Positions 52,398 to 63,272 of a stretch of DNA of 64,000 nt are shown here, in pieces. Location: the NCBI RefSeq assembly GCF_963921235.1, contig NC_086097.1:112470001-112534000 (forward strand), in the 5' to 3' direction. The notes under the pieces were generated by a model. That model had not been told where the DNA came from, made no database searches, and worked only from the letters and a program-made list of their open reading frames with translations. The DNA is from Mobula hypostoma. Lineage: Eukaryota. A program made the position numbers and the translations under genes. The number at the start of each line of letters is the position of its first letter. The stretch's first letter is position 1.

Positions 52398-53456
52398 ATG
52401 TTTAGGTACCTTTCCATGCCCAAGTTAAAGACTTTCGTTTTGTGCAGTATGAAGGCTGATCGTAAAACAAAATGCTAACTATTGTAGGACCTTTACACCA
52501 ATGCAGATCTTAGTTTTTTCAATTAGTGAACTGTAATTTAACGTGTAATTACTGCACATCCTGATGCAACAATAGAATAAAGGTCAAGCAGTCCATTTCT
52601 CAGCAGGACGTTTCGAGGAATGAGTGTCTTTTGTGGTCACTCGCTTTTATTTCTACTGTAAGGCCATGGAAATGGTAACTTTCTCCTTTATTCATAAATA
52701 AAATCAAGCCCACAAACATGCCAAACTACAGCATTTATACACACTGCAATAATCATCCAATCTGCTGGAAGATTGGATGGAAGTCTGTATAGTTAAAGAC
52801 AGACTTTAGTAGGTCTCTAGCACACCACTCAGCTTACCTATAATGCTCTGAAGTTCCATTCACTACAGCATGATTAGACCATGCATTGTGACTTCCACCA
52901 TTGTACCATCTTCAGAAAAGCATACCAAAATAAACAACGTAAGTGTGCATAATGATTCCTTCACAACAACACTTAACAGTCAATATTATATTCTAAAGCT
53001 CAGGCTAATCTCATTCCTGTTTCACGTGTACTGTACTGGTTCTAAAAGATTATCAAACAATTTCATCAATAGTCTAAGTGGTTGGAAACCAGATGCATGT
53101 TCAAATAACAACTCTGGGATTAATGTATTATGTTTGAAAGGCAGTATCGACTTCAACCAGAAAGAATAATAATAATGCCATTGTGCAGTCCGCCATGACA
53201 CCGCACCTGAGGCAAGACTGCTGGGATACTATCCTCCTCTGAAATCCCAGCAGTATCCTGGTAACAGCCAGTGGCAAATACATATGTGCTGATTGCTTCT
53301 GCAAGTGGAACCTTGCACAAGTTAGAAGTGATTTAAGAATTAACTACTGTCTTGAGAACTCTCTATTCCAACACCCTCTAGCACCAACCATCCTACCCCT
53401 CTGAACACTGTCTTTTGTCTCCTTCCTCCATTTTATCTGTGGCGCCTGAGAAGTAC

Positions 53457-53507
53457 CATCCTCGATGGGAACAACTACGCTTCAGTCTCTGGCCTTTGAG
53501 GATGCTC
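53457..53507 (-). CDS. Candidate 51-nt RIMS2 small exon: SILKGQRLKRSCSHRG
   Basis: Acceptor ctgattatttatctttgctctgctgccag, weak donor TG|gtactt, phase 2-2, open frame. No homology recognised. Confidence 0.25.
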
Positions 53508-54129
53508 CTGGCAGCAGAGCAAAGATAAATAATCAGATGGAAGTTGCACCCAGATACTTCTCCATCATCAGAGTAAGGCTCCCTGCATCCTGGAATGAGG
53601 ATCTTTAGGTTTGTTTCGAAAGAGGTGAAACAAAGTTTTGAAATAAAATGAGGAGGTTACAGGCTCCCATATTTGCCTAGGCATTTCATCCCTTGTGTGC
53701 GTTTGAACAGAAAAGTAGATCCTGAATCTGTAGTAGATGAAATGTTAGACACGACTGAAGAGATTCACAACAGCAAAACACGAACATGCAGTAAATCGGA
53801 AATAAAATGGAAAATGCTGAAAAAATTCAGCAGTTCAAACAGCATCTGCGCAGGATAGGAGTAGACATTTCATATCAGTGAGATTTCAGTGAAAGGTCAT
53901 TTGCCTAAAACATAAACTCTCTGGCATTGTAAGTTCTCTTTGAACTGCTGGATATTTCTAGAAATTTATTTTGCCAGCACAGTCATAATGTGGACTCGGG
54001 ATTTCACCTTCATCACAAATAAACAGATTATTAAATCTGGCTGGACAGGTCAATAGATTGATGAAACAGCCACATGGGATCCTTTCAATTGTTATCAAAG
54101 GTAGAGAACATGGGGTATGCCCTGACTGG

Positions 54130-54405
54130 GGTGGCACGGTAGCATAGTGGTTAGCACAACACTTTACAGTACTAAGGATCGGGGTTCAATTCTCGCTGCT
54201 GCCTGAAAGGAGTTTGTACATTTCCCCATGAGTTTCATCTGGTTGTCTCGGTTTCCTTCCACAGCCCAAAGACATACCAGTTGGTAGGTTAATTGGCCAT
54301 TGTAAATTGTCCCATGACTAGGCAAGGGTTATATCGGGGGATTGCTGGGTGGCGTGGCTCAAAGGACCAGAGGGGCCTATTCCATTCTGAATCTCAATAA
54401 ATAAA
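54130..54405 (+). mobile_element. V-SINE
   Basis: ggtggcacggtagcatagtggttagc (box A-like), ggttcaattc (box B), V-domain, aataaa tail. Confidence 0.75.
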
Positions 54406-55272
54406 TCAACAAAGTCAAAGAAAATAAAAAATAAAATGCAAGCAGTGTTGTGGAAAAGAGAATGAAGGATATTAAATCTGTAATGTTAACTGCTTCTCTT
54501 TCCACAGATGGTCTGCTGAGCTTTCAGTATTTTCTGCCTTTATTTCATATTTCCAGCATTTGCAATTTTTTTTTGATTTTCCTGTTACCCATCAGTCAAT
54601 CAATTTGATTGGTTGTCTCTAATCAGCACATCCACAATGGCTGGTATTTCACATCACCAGCCAGCAACATAGAAACATCAACTAGTGGATGCAATAGAGA
54701 AAAACCTCGCTAAATTCTCTTCCCTTGATCATTCTGATGATTGATTTGGATGTTTTAAAGACAGAATTTTAAACCAATACCATAATGCAATATTGCTGTC
54801 ATTGCGGACAATAGTTTTGTTACTATGCATTTACAATAGTGCATACGTATAGCAGAGCTGTTTTGCAAATGTCTATTTACAGGGAAGCTGTTTTAGTTAC
54901 CTTCCTCTTCCCAACCTACCATCAAATATCCAGTTATATTTGCAATACCACTAACATGGGAAACTTATTGTGTAGCAAGTGTTCCAGAAATTAAATAATT
55001 GTGCTCTGTCCCAGATGCATAACTGCAAACTGAATGTTTCAAACTAAGAAAATCAAAATAAGCATTGGGTAAGAAAGACACTTTTTTCAATTTACTACCT
55101 CCTTTAAGAAATCATCCAAATGTAAATTCAACAAAAATAATCACCGAATTATAGCTCCACTTCTGAACGTACAGTTGGCAATGTGATTGTGGTTATTACA
55201 CAACCTCAATATCTTCCCATCTAATCCAATGATTATGACATTACACTAATTAGAAAGTTAATTATGATGTAC

Positions 55273-55341
55273 CTTTCTGGGTGATGGGCAGCACCACCAT
55301 CAAACCAAATATTGGGTACTCTCCTGGGCTGCCTTATTCCA
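55273..55341 (-). CDS. RIMS2: Probable RIMS2 cassette exon: GIRQPRRVPNIWFDGGAAHHPE(R)
   Basis: 69 nt, phase 2-2, open frame, GC-richer than its flanks; acceptor ttttttatttctgtgcttcatcgttag, donor AAG|gtacat. Confidence 0.55.
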
Positions 55342-57667
55342 CTAACGATGAAGCACAGAAATAAAAAAATAACAAGTACAGTTCAAGACATTAACACAGA
55401 AAAACAAAACTGAACACATAATCATAAGTTAAACACACAAACACAATAGATGACAAAATGAGATGTTCTGCACACTTTAATCATGTATTTATACCATATG
55501 GGTTATTGACACGAAATGGATGTTTGTAGTTATAAACATATTACACTCTCAGGCAATGAGACAAACAACACAAGATTTGTGCTGTTTTTAACACACGAAA
55601 ATTCTTGAATTTGAGTTATGTTTCTACATTTTGTCTACAAACAAGGAAACCAGTGTCTACAGTGAGTTTTATCAAAGGGAAAACCCAATGGGAGTTAATG
55701 GCATGAAGAAAAAAAATTGTTATTGAATGCCCAGAACAACAGCTCAGAAGAAAATAAGGGAGAAATTCACGTCCAATTGTTACCATTAAAGTTTTACAGG
55801 CCCTCCAAAGGTTACTAACTACAGTCCCTACCTATGAATGAGTGTTCTGCAGACCAGAGGGACTGATTTGCTGGGATATGTGGGGTTGCTGTCTGCCATG
55901 AGTGCGTGGAAATGCCTGAGCTAAATATCCTAGTTTAACTCCGCATTGCTCTTGATTGGCCTATGATTTAATTCAAATATATTACCAGGCGGCTGCTTGT
56001 CTGATTTGAGAACTGCTCGGGTTATGAACAGATCAAAGGAGTGGAACTCTATTAGAAACAAGAGAGGCCCTGTATAAGAGTCACTTATGACGTGTATTAA
56101 AATCTAATGTATCAGATTGTGGATGTCACAGATCAAAACTTGTTTCAAGCTGCAGAATGAAGACTAATATAGGATTTTCAAAGTTGATTGTGGCAGAAAA
56201 AAGTATTATTTTGTGCTTAATGGGTTTACTTAGAGAAACAAGCCATATGATCTTACCTGGTTGCCTATGCAAAGAGAAAATAAAATCCTGTGTTTTAAAA
56301 TTAATTATTTTAACTTATTTCAATCAGAATATTATTTATCAAATCTCTCAAATCCTTAATTCTGGCTTTCTCTGTGAGATTGATAAACTACCAGTGCTGC
56401 CACAATATGCATGTAATTCACTTCATCCATTGATCAGACAATTCAAGTCCAGTCATGCTAAGAGGGAGACGAGCCTGGATCAGGCCAAGCACTCACAGTG
56501 TGGGGTGAGAAGATAAAGAAACAGTTTCAGCATTGCAGTAGATTGGCTAACTCTCACCTGGCAGATTCAAAAAGCCACTCATTTGAACTAGTGGCTAATT
56601 TGAACTCTAGCTATGCAATAGTAGTGGAATACAGTATCTAGCTCTTGACCGAAACAGTCAGGCAATAGTACTTTGTTTTGCCATTGCCCGATATTTTAAT
56701 ATTAAAATATATTGACAGTAAGAATTAATAGTTAATTTTGAAATAATCTCTTTAGTGGCTACTTGTTACCTTATTTATATTTATTATGTCATACTCCCTA
56801 CTTAAATTATTTTATTAATTTGACATTCTTCTGATAAACAGGGACAGAGTTTTACTTTAAATTGTGGCAGTAAGATTAGATGTTTTTAAAATTGGCCCTT
56901 AAAAATTAGAACTGGTAAGAGCACATGTGTTGTATATCATTAGGTTCCAAAAAAAGTCAGATGCAAAGCCACTCAGCCAAACAAAACGTGTGCAGTATGT
57001 TCTACAATTACATGGTCCTATTGAGAAACAAAATACATTCTAAACTAAACATAATTATGTTGAAAAGAAAATTCCTGAAGAAATGTTAAACAGAAATCAA
57101 ATTCACTATCATCAGGTAGTTTTGCTGGTGATATGTACTACGTTAAGGAATGCACAAACCCAACTGAATTCCAGAGTTAATACCATGTGAGTGAGAGCTA
57201 ATGGGAATCTTTCCTAGGAAGCTCAAAATGTCATCATTTTTGAAGTACAAATTTTCAAAACTACCTCAAGGTCTCCTTATGTCTCATATCATATTCAAAT
57301 AAATACACTGCAGTTCCCATAGAATATGCAAGTAGTATATTCAAATCAAATGTTTAAATTAAGACCCTTTGTAAAATACAAACTTACTTTGCCTTTTAAG
57401 AATTACACAATTCTCTGTTAGCAATTGTGAGCAACTGTGTAAATATAAATGAACTGCCATCATATACTGTGTATGATTGATTAATTAGTGCTGGCAGCTT
57501 CTATAAAATTGAGCTCAGTTACAACAACAAAGCTGATGACAGATTAACTCTATCATCCATCTGAAACCACAGGTCTTGGGAAAATGCATCAGACAATGGA
57601 TCAAGCAATGAATGAATTTTATACATTAGTCTGATGATGTAGGCTATCATTTGGAAACCTCCAAGAA

Positions 57668-59944
57668 GACTTTAACTTCCCTAATATTGATTGGCACCTG
57701 ATTAGTTCCAAGGGTTTAGGTGGGGCAGAGTTTGTTAAGTGTGTCCAGGATGGATTCCTGTCACATTATGTGGACAGGCCGACCAGGGGGAATGCCATAC
57801 TAGATCTAGTACTAGGTAATGAACTGGGTCAGGTCACAGATCTCTCAGTGGGTGAGCATCTGGGGGACAGTGACCATCGCTCCCTGGCCTTTAGCATTAT
57901 CATGGAAAAGGATAGAATCAGAGAGCACAGGAAAATTTTTAATTGGGGAAAGGCAAATTATGAGGCTGTAAGGCTAGAACTTGCGGGTGTGAATTGGGAT
58001 GATGTTTTTGCAGGGAAATGTACTATGGACATGTGGTCGATGTTTAGAGATCTCTTGCGGGATGTTAGGGATAAAGTTGTCCCGGTGAGGAAGATAAAGA
58101 ATGGTAGGGTGAAGGAACCATGGGTGACAAGTGAGGTGGAAAATCTAGTCAGATGGAAGAAGGCAGCATACTTGAGGTTTAGGAAGCAAGGATCAGATGG
58201 GTCTATTGAGAAATATAGGGAAGCAAGAAAGGAGATTAAGAAGGGGCTGAGAAGAGCAAGAAGGGGGCATGAGAAGGCCTTGGCAAGTAGGGTAAAGGAA
58301 AACCTCAAGGCATTCTTCAATTATGTGAAGAAAAAAAGGATGACAGGAGTGAAGGTAGGACCGATTAGAGATAAAGGTGGGAAGATGTGCCTGGAGGCTG
58401 TGGAAGTGAGCGAGATCCTCAATGAATACTTCTCTTCGGTATTCACCAATGAGAGGGAACTTGATGATGGTGAGGACAATATGAGTGAGGTTGATGTTCT
58501 GGAGCATGTTGATATTAAGGGAGAGGAGGTGTTGGAGTTGTTAAAATACATTAGGATGGATAAGTCCCCGGGGCCTGACGGAATATTCCCCATGCTGCTC
58601 CACGAGGCGAGAGAAGAGATTGCTGAGCCTCTGGCTAGCATCTTTATGTCCTCGCTGTCCACGGGAATGGTACCGGAGGATTGGAGGGAGGCGAATGTTG
58701 TCCCCTTGTTCAAAAAAGGTCGTAGGGATAGTCCGGGTAATTATAGACCAGTGATTCTTACGTCTGTGGTGGGAAAGGTGTTGGAAAAGATTCTTAGAGA
58801 TAGGATCTATAGGCATTTAGAGAATTATGGTCTGATCACGGACAGTCAGCATGGCTTTGTGAAGGGCAGATCGTGTCTATCAAGCCTGATAGAGTTCTTT
58901 GAGGAGGTGACCAGGCATATAGATGAGGGTAGTGCAGTGGATGTGATCTATATGGATTTTAGTAAGGCATTTGACAAGGTTCCACACGGTAGGCTTATTC
59001 AGAAAGTTAGACGGCATGGGATCCAGGGAAGTTTGGCCAGGAGGATTCAGAATTGGCTTGCCTGCAGAAGGCAGACGGTTGTGGTGGAGGGAGTACATTC
59101 AGATTGGAGGATTGTGACTAGTGGTGTCCCACAAGGATCTGTTCTGGGACCTATACTTTTCGTGATTTCTATTAACGACTTGGATGTGGGGGTAGAAGGG
59201 TGGGTTAGCAAGTTTGCAGATGACACAAAGGTTGGTGGTGTTGTAGATAGTGTAGAGGATTGTCGGAGATTGCAGAGAGACATTGATAGGATGCAGAAGT
59301 GGGCTGAGAAGTGGCAGATGGAGTTCAACCCGGAGAAGTGTGAGGTGGTACACTTTGGAAGGACAAACTCCAAGGCAGAGTACAAAGTAAATGGCAGGAT
59401 ACTTGGTAGTGTGGAGGAGCAGAGGGATCTCGGGGTACATGTCCACAGATCCCTGAAAGTTGCCTCACAGGTGGATAGGGTAGTTAAGAAAGCTTATGGG
59501 GTGTTAACTTTCATAAGTCGAGGGATAGAGTTTAAGAGTCGCGATGTAATGATGCAGCTCTATAAAACTCTGGTTAGGCCACACTTGGAGTACTGTGTCC
59601 ATTTCTGGTTGCCTCACTATAGAAAGGATGTGGAAGCATTGGAAAGGGTACAGAGGAGATTTTCCAGGATGCTGCTTGGTTTAGAGAGTATGGATTATGA
59701 CCAGAGATTAAGGGAGCTAGGGCTTTACTCTTTGGAGAGAAGGAGGATGAGAGGAGACATGATAGAGGTGTACAAGATAATAGGAGGAATAGATAGAGTG
59801 GATAGCCAGTGCCTCTTCCCCAGGGCACCACTGCTCAATACAAGAGGACATGGCTTTAAGGTAAGGGGTGGGAAGTTCAAGGGGGATATTAGAGGAAGGT
59901 TTTTTTACTCAGAGAGTGGTTGGTGCGTGGAATGCACTGCCTGA
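57668..59944 (+). pseudogene. CR1 ORF2 (partial endonuclease plus reverse transcriptase), open for about 750 codons
   Basis: KSPGPDG, NYRPVILTS, QHGFVKGRSC, DFSKAFDKV, GVPQGSVLGP, KFADDTK. The frame is open from 57668; there is no true start and an apparent frameshift in the T-run near 59900. Confidence 0.93.
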
Positions 59945-60100
59945 GTCAGTGGTGGAGGCAGATACACTAGTGAAGTTTAAGAGACTACTAGACGGGTATA
60001 TGGAGGAATTTAAGGTGGGGGCTTATATGGGAGGCAGGGTTTGAGGGTCGGCACAACATTGTGGGCCGAAGGGCCTGTACTGTGCTGTACTATTCTATGT
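57668..60100 (+). mobile_element. Young 5'-truncated CR1 LINE
   Basis: Starts inside the APE endonuclease (DFNFPNIDW..ILDLVL..GDSDH); full RT; 3' tail gggccgaagggcctgtactgtgctgtactattctatgtt. Confidence 0.97.
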
Positions 60101-60123
60101 TTTATTAAGACCACAACCATGTA

Positions 60124-60405
60124 CAGTTTGGAGGCTTGCATGCCTCAATGATCCAGAGTGCCAGGGCTTTATGCTTTGGTTTTTGGTAGGGTCACCCATG
60201 CCAAATTGGTCAAAGGATAGAGGACAGACTAAGAGTGGCCCATTGGTCCTCCAGGTTTGGGGGTTCAGCTCAGGGCTAACAACCTTGACAGGGAAAACAA
60301 AATTGTTATGGAAACAGAAATGAAGATTCTTCTAAGTGGTCAAGGACAGACAGAGATGGAGGACCTTCATTGTTACCCTAAATGCCAGTGGCATAATGGG
60401 CAATT
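60124..60405 (+). mobile_element. Non-autonomous bipartite RTE-derived element, copy 2
   Basis: Shares ggaggcttgcatgcctcaatga, cagactaagagtgg, aaaacaaaattgttatggaaacag and cagagatggaggac..ccctaaatgcc with 1397-1790. Confidence 0.6.
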
Positions 60406-60699
60406 AATAATAAAATGATTTGAAAAACAAATCACTTATTATTCAAGATTGAGTGGTGTAATCACAGAGTGATTACAATGAAAAGCATACACAAATAATT
60501 ATCAATGCTAAAATATTAGATCCACTCACTCCCACCATTATAGCTTTTACTAAATTCCAAATATAGGTCTAGTTTCATTTATTCAAAATCCAGTGTGGGA
60601 CTGGACCCAATGTAAAAAAATACCAGCTAAGGGGGAAAGCTTTCTTCTTAAAAGAGGACATTAATGAGCTAGGAAACATGTAATGTAATTTAAGATTGA

Positions 60700-61150
60700 A
60701 AGGATACAGAGAAAATTTACAAGAATGTTGCTGGGACTGGAGGGCCTGAGTTATAAGGAAAGATTGAATAGCTTAAGACTTTATTCCTTAGAACATAGAA
60801 GACAGGAAAGATTTGATAGAGGCATACAACATTATGAGGGATATAGATAGGGTAAATGCAAGCAGGATTTTTCTGTTGAGGTTGTGTGGGACTACAACTA
60901 GAGATCATGGGTTAAGAGTTAAAGGTGAACATGAGGGGAAACTTCTTCACTCAGAGGGTGGTGAGAGTGTGGAACGAGCTGCCAGTAGAAGCAGTGCATG
61001 CATGCTTGATTTCAACATTTAAGAGAGGTTTGTATAGTACATAGATGGTAGGGGTATGGAAGGCTATTGTCCCAGTGCAGGTCAAAGGGAGTAGGCAGTT
61101 TAAGTGATTTGGCATGGACTAGATGGGCTGAAGGACCTGTCTCTGTGATG
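60700..61150 (+). mobile_element. CR1 3' fragment
   Basis: ERIQRKFTRMLLGLEGLSYKERL..IEAYNIMRDIDRVNA; tail gggctgaaggacctgt..ttctatg. Confidence 0.85.
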
Positions 61151-61422
61151 TACCTTTCCATGATTCTATGTCCCTAATCCATTTATTTCATTGTCTTTTT
61201 AATTTACCTTACAGATATTCTCATATTTCTGTAAAAGATTAATTCTAAAATTGCTACGGCGAGGTTCGTATTACCAGTGCAACTTTTTGCAAAACTAGTC
61301 ACATAAGTAATTGCTACTCTGTAATATCCAGAACCAATACATAAATATGTATGCTGGCCAATACTTGCAAATCATCTGGGTTAGTATTTCTTATAAAATC
61401 CAGTCAATGGTCAAATTAGTAC

Positions 61423-61533
61423 CTCTCAACACCATTGTAAGCACCCTCAGAGTAGATACTGTTGATCTTTTGGGAACGAAGTAACCTTATAGCATCTTCC
61501 CGATAGAGGGGATAAACTATATGGTTCATGCTG
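61423..61533 (-). CDS. RIMS2: Probable RIMS2 cassette exon: SMNHIVYPLYREDAIRLLRSQKINSIYSEGAYNGVE(R)
   Basis: 111 nt, phase 2-2, open in the required frame; strong acceptor tttgttcttatttttag|CAG (tandem NAGNAG), donor AG|gtacta. Resembles a loosely recalled 'REDAVRLLRS' segment of non-mammalian RIM2 isoforms. Confidence 0.7.
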
Positions 61534-62365
61534 CTAAAAATAAGAACAAAATAAATATAATTGTAATGAACAGTACAACAGGGAGAACCTGATGAATAAA
61601 ACTTGTAAATGAGGTATTTTGACTATACAAAGCATAGAGTGCAAGGTATGCAATAATTCAAGAGGCACTAGCTTCCTTTATATACACACCTTTCGAATCA
61701 CGGCATATCTTACATTCTATGTTCTGCCACTACTGTAGTATTAGCTCTATACCATGCCACACATCCAAAGAAAGAAGCCCCAATCATGATTAGCCGAGGA
61801 TATGACTCCATTGTTTTACATCTGTGGAAGTATAATGTGGATAGTGGAAATGGCCAACAGAGTGAAAGGTCACCTATCCAATATGGTTGAACAGCTTCTT
61901 AACAGGTGAGCATCAATCCATTGTTAGAATAATGAGTCCAAGTTTCCAATGACCATACTATAAAACTGGGAATACCATAAATGTGCAATGAATCATACAA
62001 TTTTCTGATTCTACTTCCAAGCCATCATGGCTTCCCAGTGCAGAATCAGCTTTTTAACTTTTTATCCGTTAACCCCAGATTTCTGTATATAAAGGAAGCA
62101 ACTGCCTCTTGAGTTATGGCATATCTTGCATTCTATGCTTTGCATTATAACCTTGCAGGTGCTCAATGTCCTTGTTTTAATTAGTTTATACCTTTAGGTG
62201 ATGTCAAAATTATTTGGAAAAAGGGGAGGAAATGTATTATCAGGAAAGATATAGAAGTAATTTGTGTAATTGTTGCTCAACTGATTGGTTCTCAGCACAC
62301 CGCCAACAACACAGCAAGCATCCAAATTCAGGGATTCACGTTTGCAATGAATACTAACAGCTCAC

Positions 62366-62401
62366 CTTTTATTCACCAATTTGCTTCTTGTAAACTTCAA
62401 C
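62366..62401 (-). CDS. Candidate 36-nt RIMS2 small exon: LKFTRSKLVNK(R/S)
   Basis: Acceptor ctgcctttag, donor AAG|gtgagc, phase 2-2, open frame. No homology recognised. Confidence 0.3.
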
Positions 62402-63272
62402 CTAAAGGCAGTTGGACATACTAATATTGGACATACTGAATGTGTTTACATGGACAAAACCTATTTTAAGAATGAATATGTGCATCACAATATATAAACA
62501 AATGATTACCAGAGTACTATTACTATCCAGGAACTAATGAATAACTGGGAAAAATTATTGGGAGAATAGCATTAATCTAAGAAAGATCACAAGTAACTTA
62601 AAAGTAAAAGAGTAATTTTGTTAATTGCAATATTAAAATAGAAATATTTGACCTCATTATGCATCCAAAAAGTCTTTGCTCCAAACCATATGATTTAATT
62701 CCTTTTAGTCATGTGGTTCAGTCAATGCGAATTGATAGCCATAAGAGTGTTGATGACCATGATATGATTATGGATGTTTTTCAAGAAATAAAGATGCATC
62801 AGTAGTGGAAATCTAATATGTGCTCCAGTTACTTGCCAAGGCTACTTAAGTAGCATTTCTTAAACCCATACTATCTATCATCCAAAACAGAAGCAGTCAC
62901 TTAGGAATATCACTAGCTTCTGAATAATATACAATACAACCTTTGATTCTTTTATTCACCCTAGATCCAAATCTTGGAAATTTCGTTCCCAACTGCATTT
63001 GTAAGCAATCTTAACTAAAGGATTGCAATGGTTCAGGAAGTTACCTTAATGTGGCCTTTACAAGTGATGCTGGTCTTACCAACAATGCCCACATCCAATC
63101 AATAAAAATCAAAATCTTAGGAATCACACTAACGTTTGAACTACCCTCTTGTTCTCTCCTGTTCTCTGCATCAATGTGAGCAAGTAACTTCTCATAATGT
63201 TCACACAGCAGTGAAACAAAATAATTTTTTTCTTGATGTATTGAATTACCATCTATTTTGCTTATCTCCTTA

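Noticed and set aside
56558..56587. 30-nt phase 2-2 exon candidate (SNEWLFESA)
   Set aside because: Good donor but the acceptor lacks a polypyrimidine tract.
57958..59831. Several minus-strand ORFs over the CR1
   Set aside because: Antisense shadows of the CR1 ORF2 frame.
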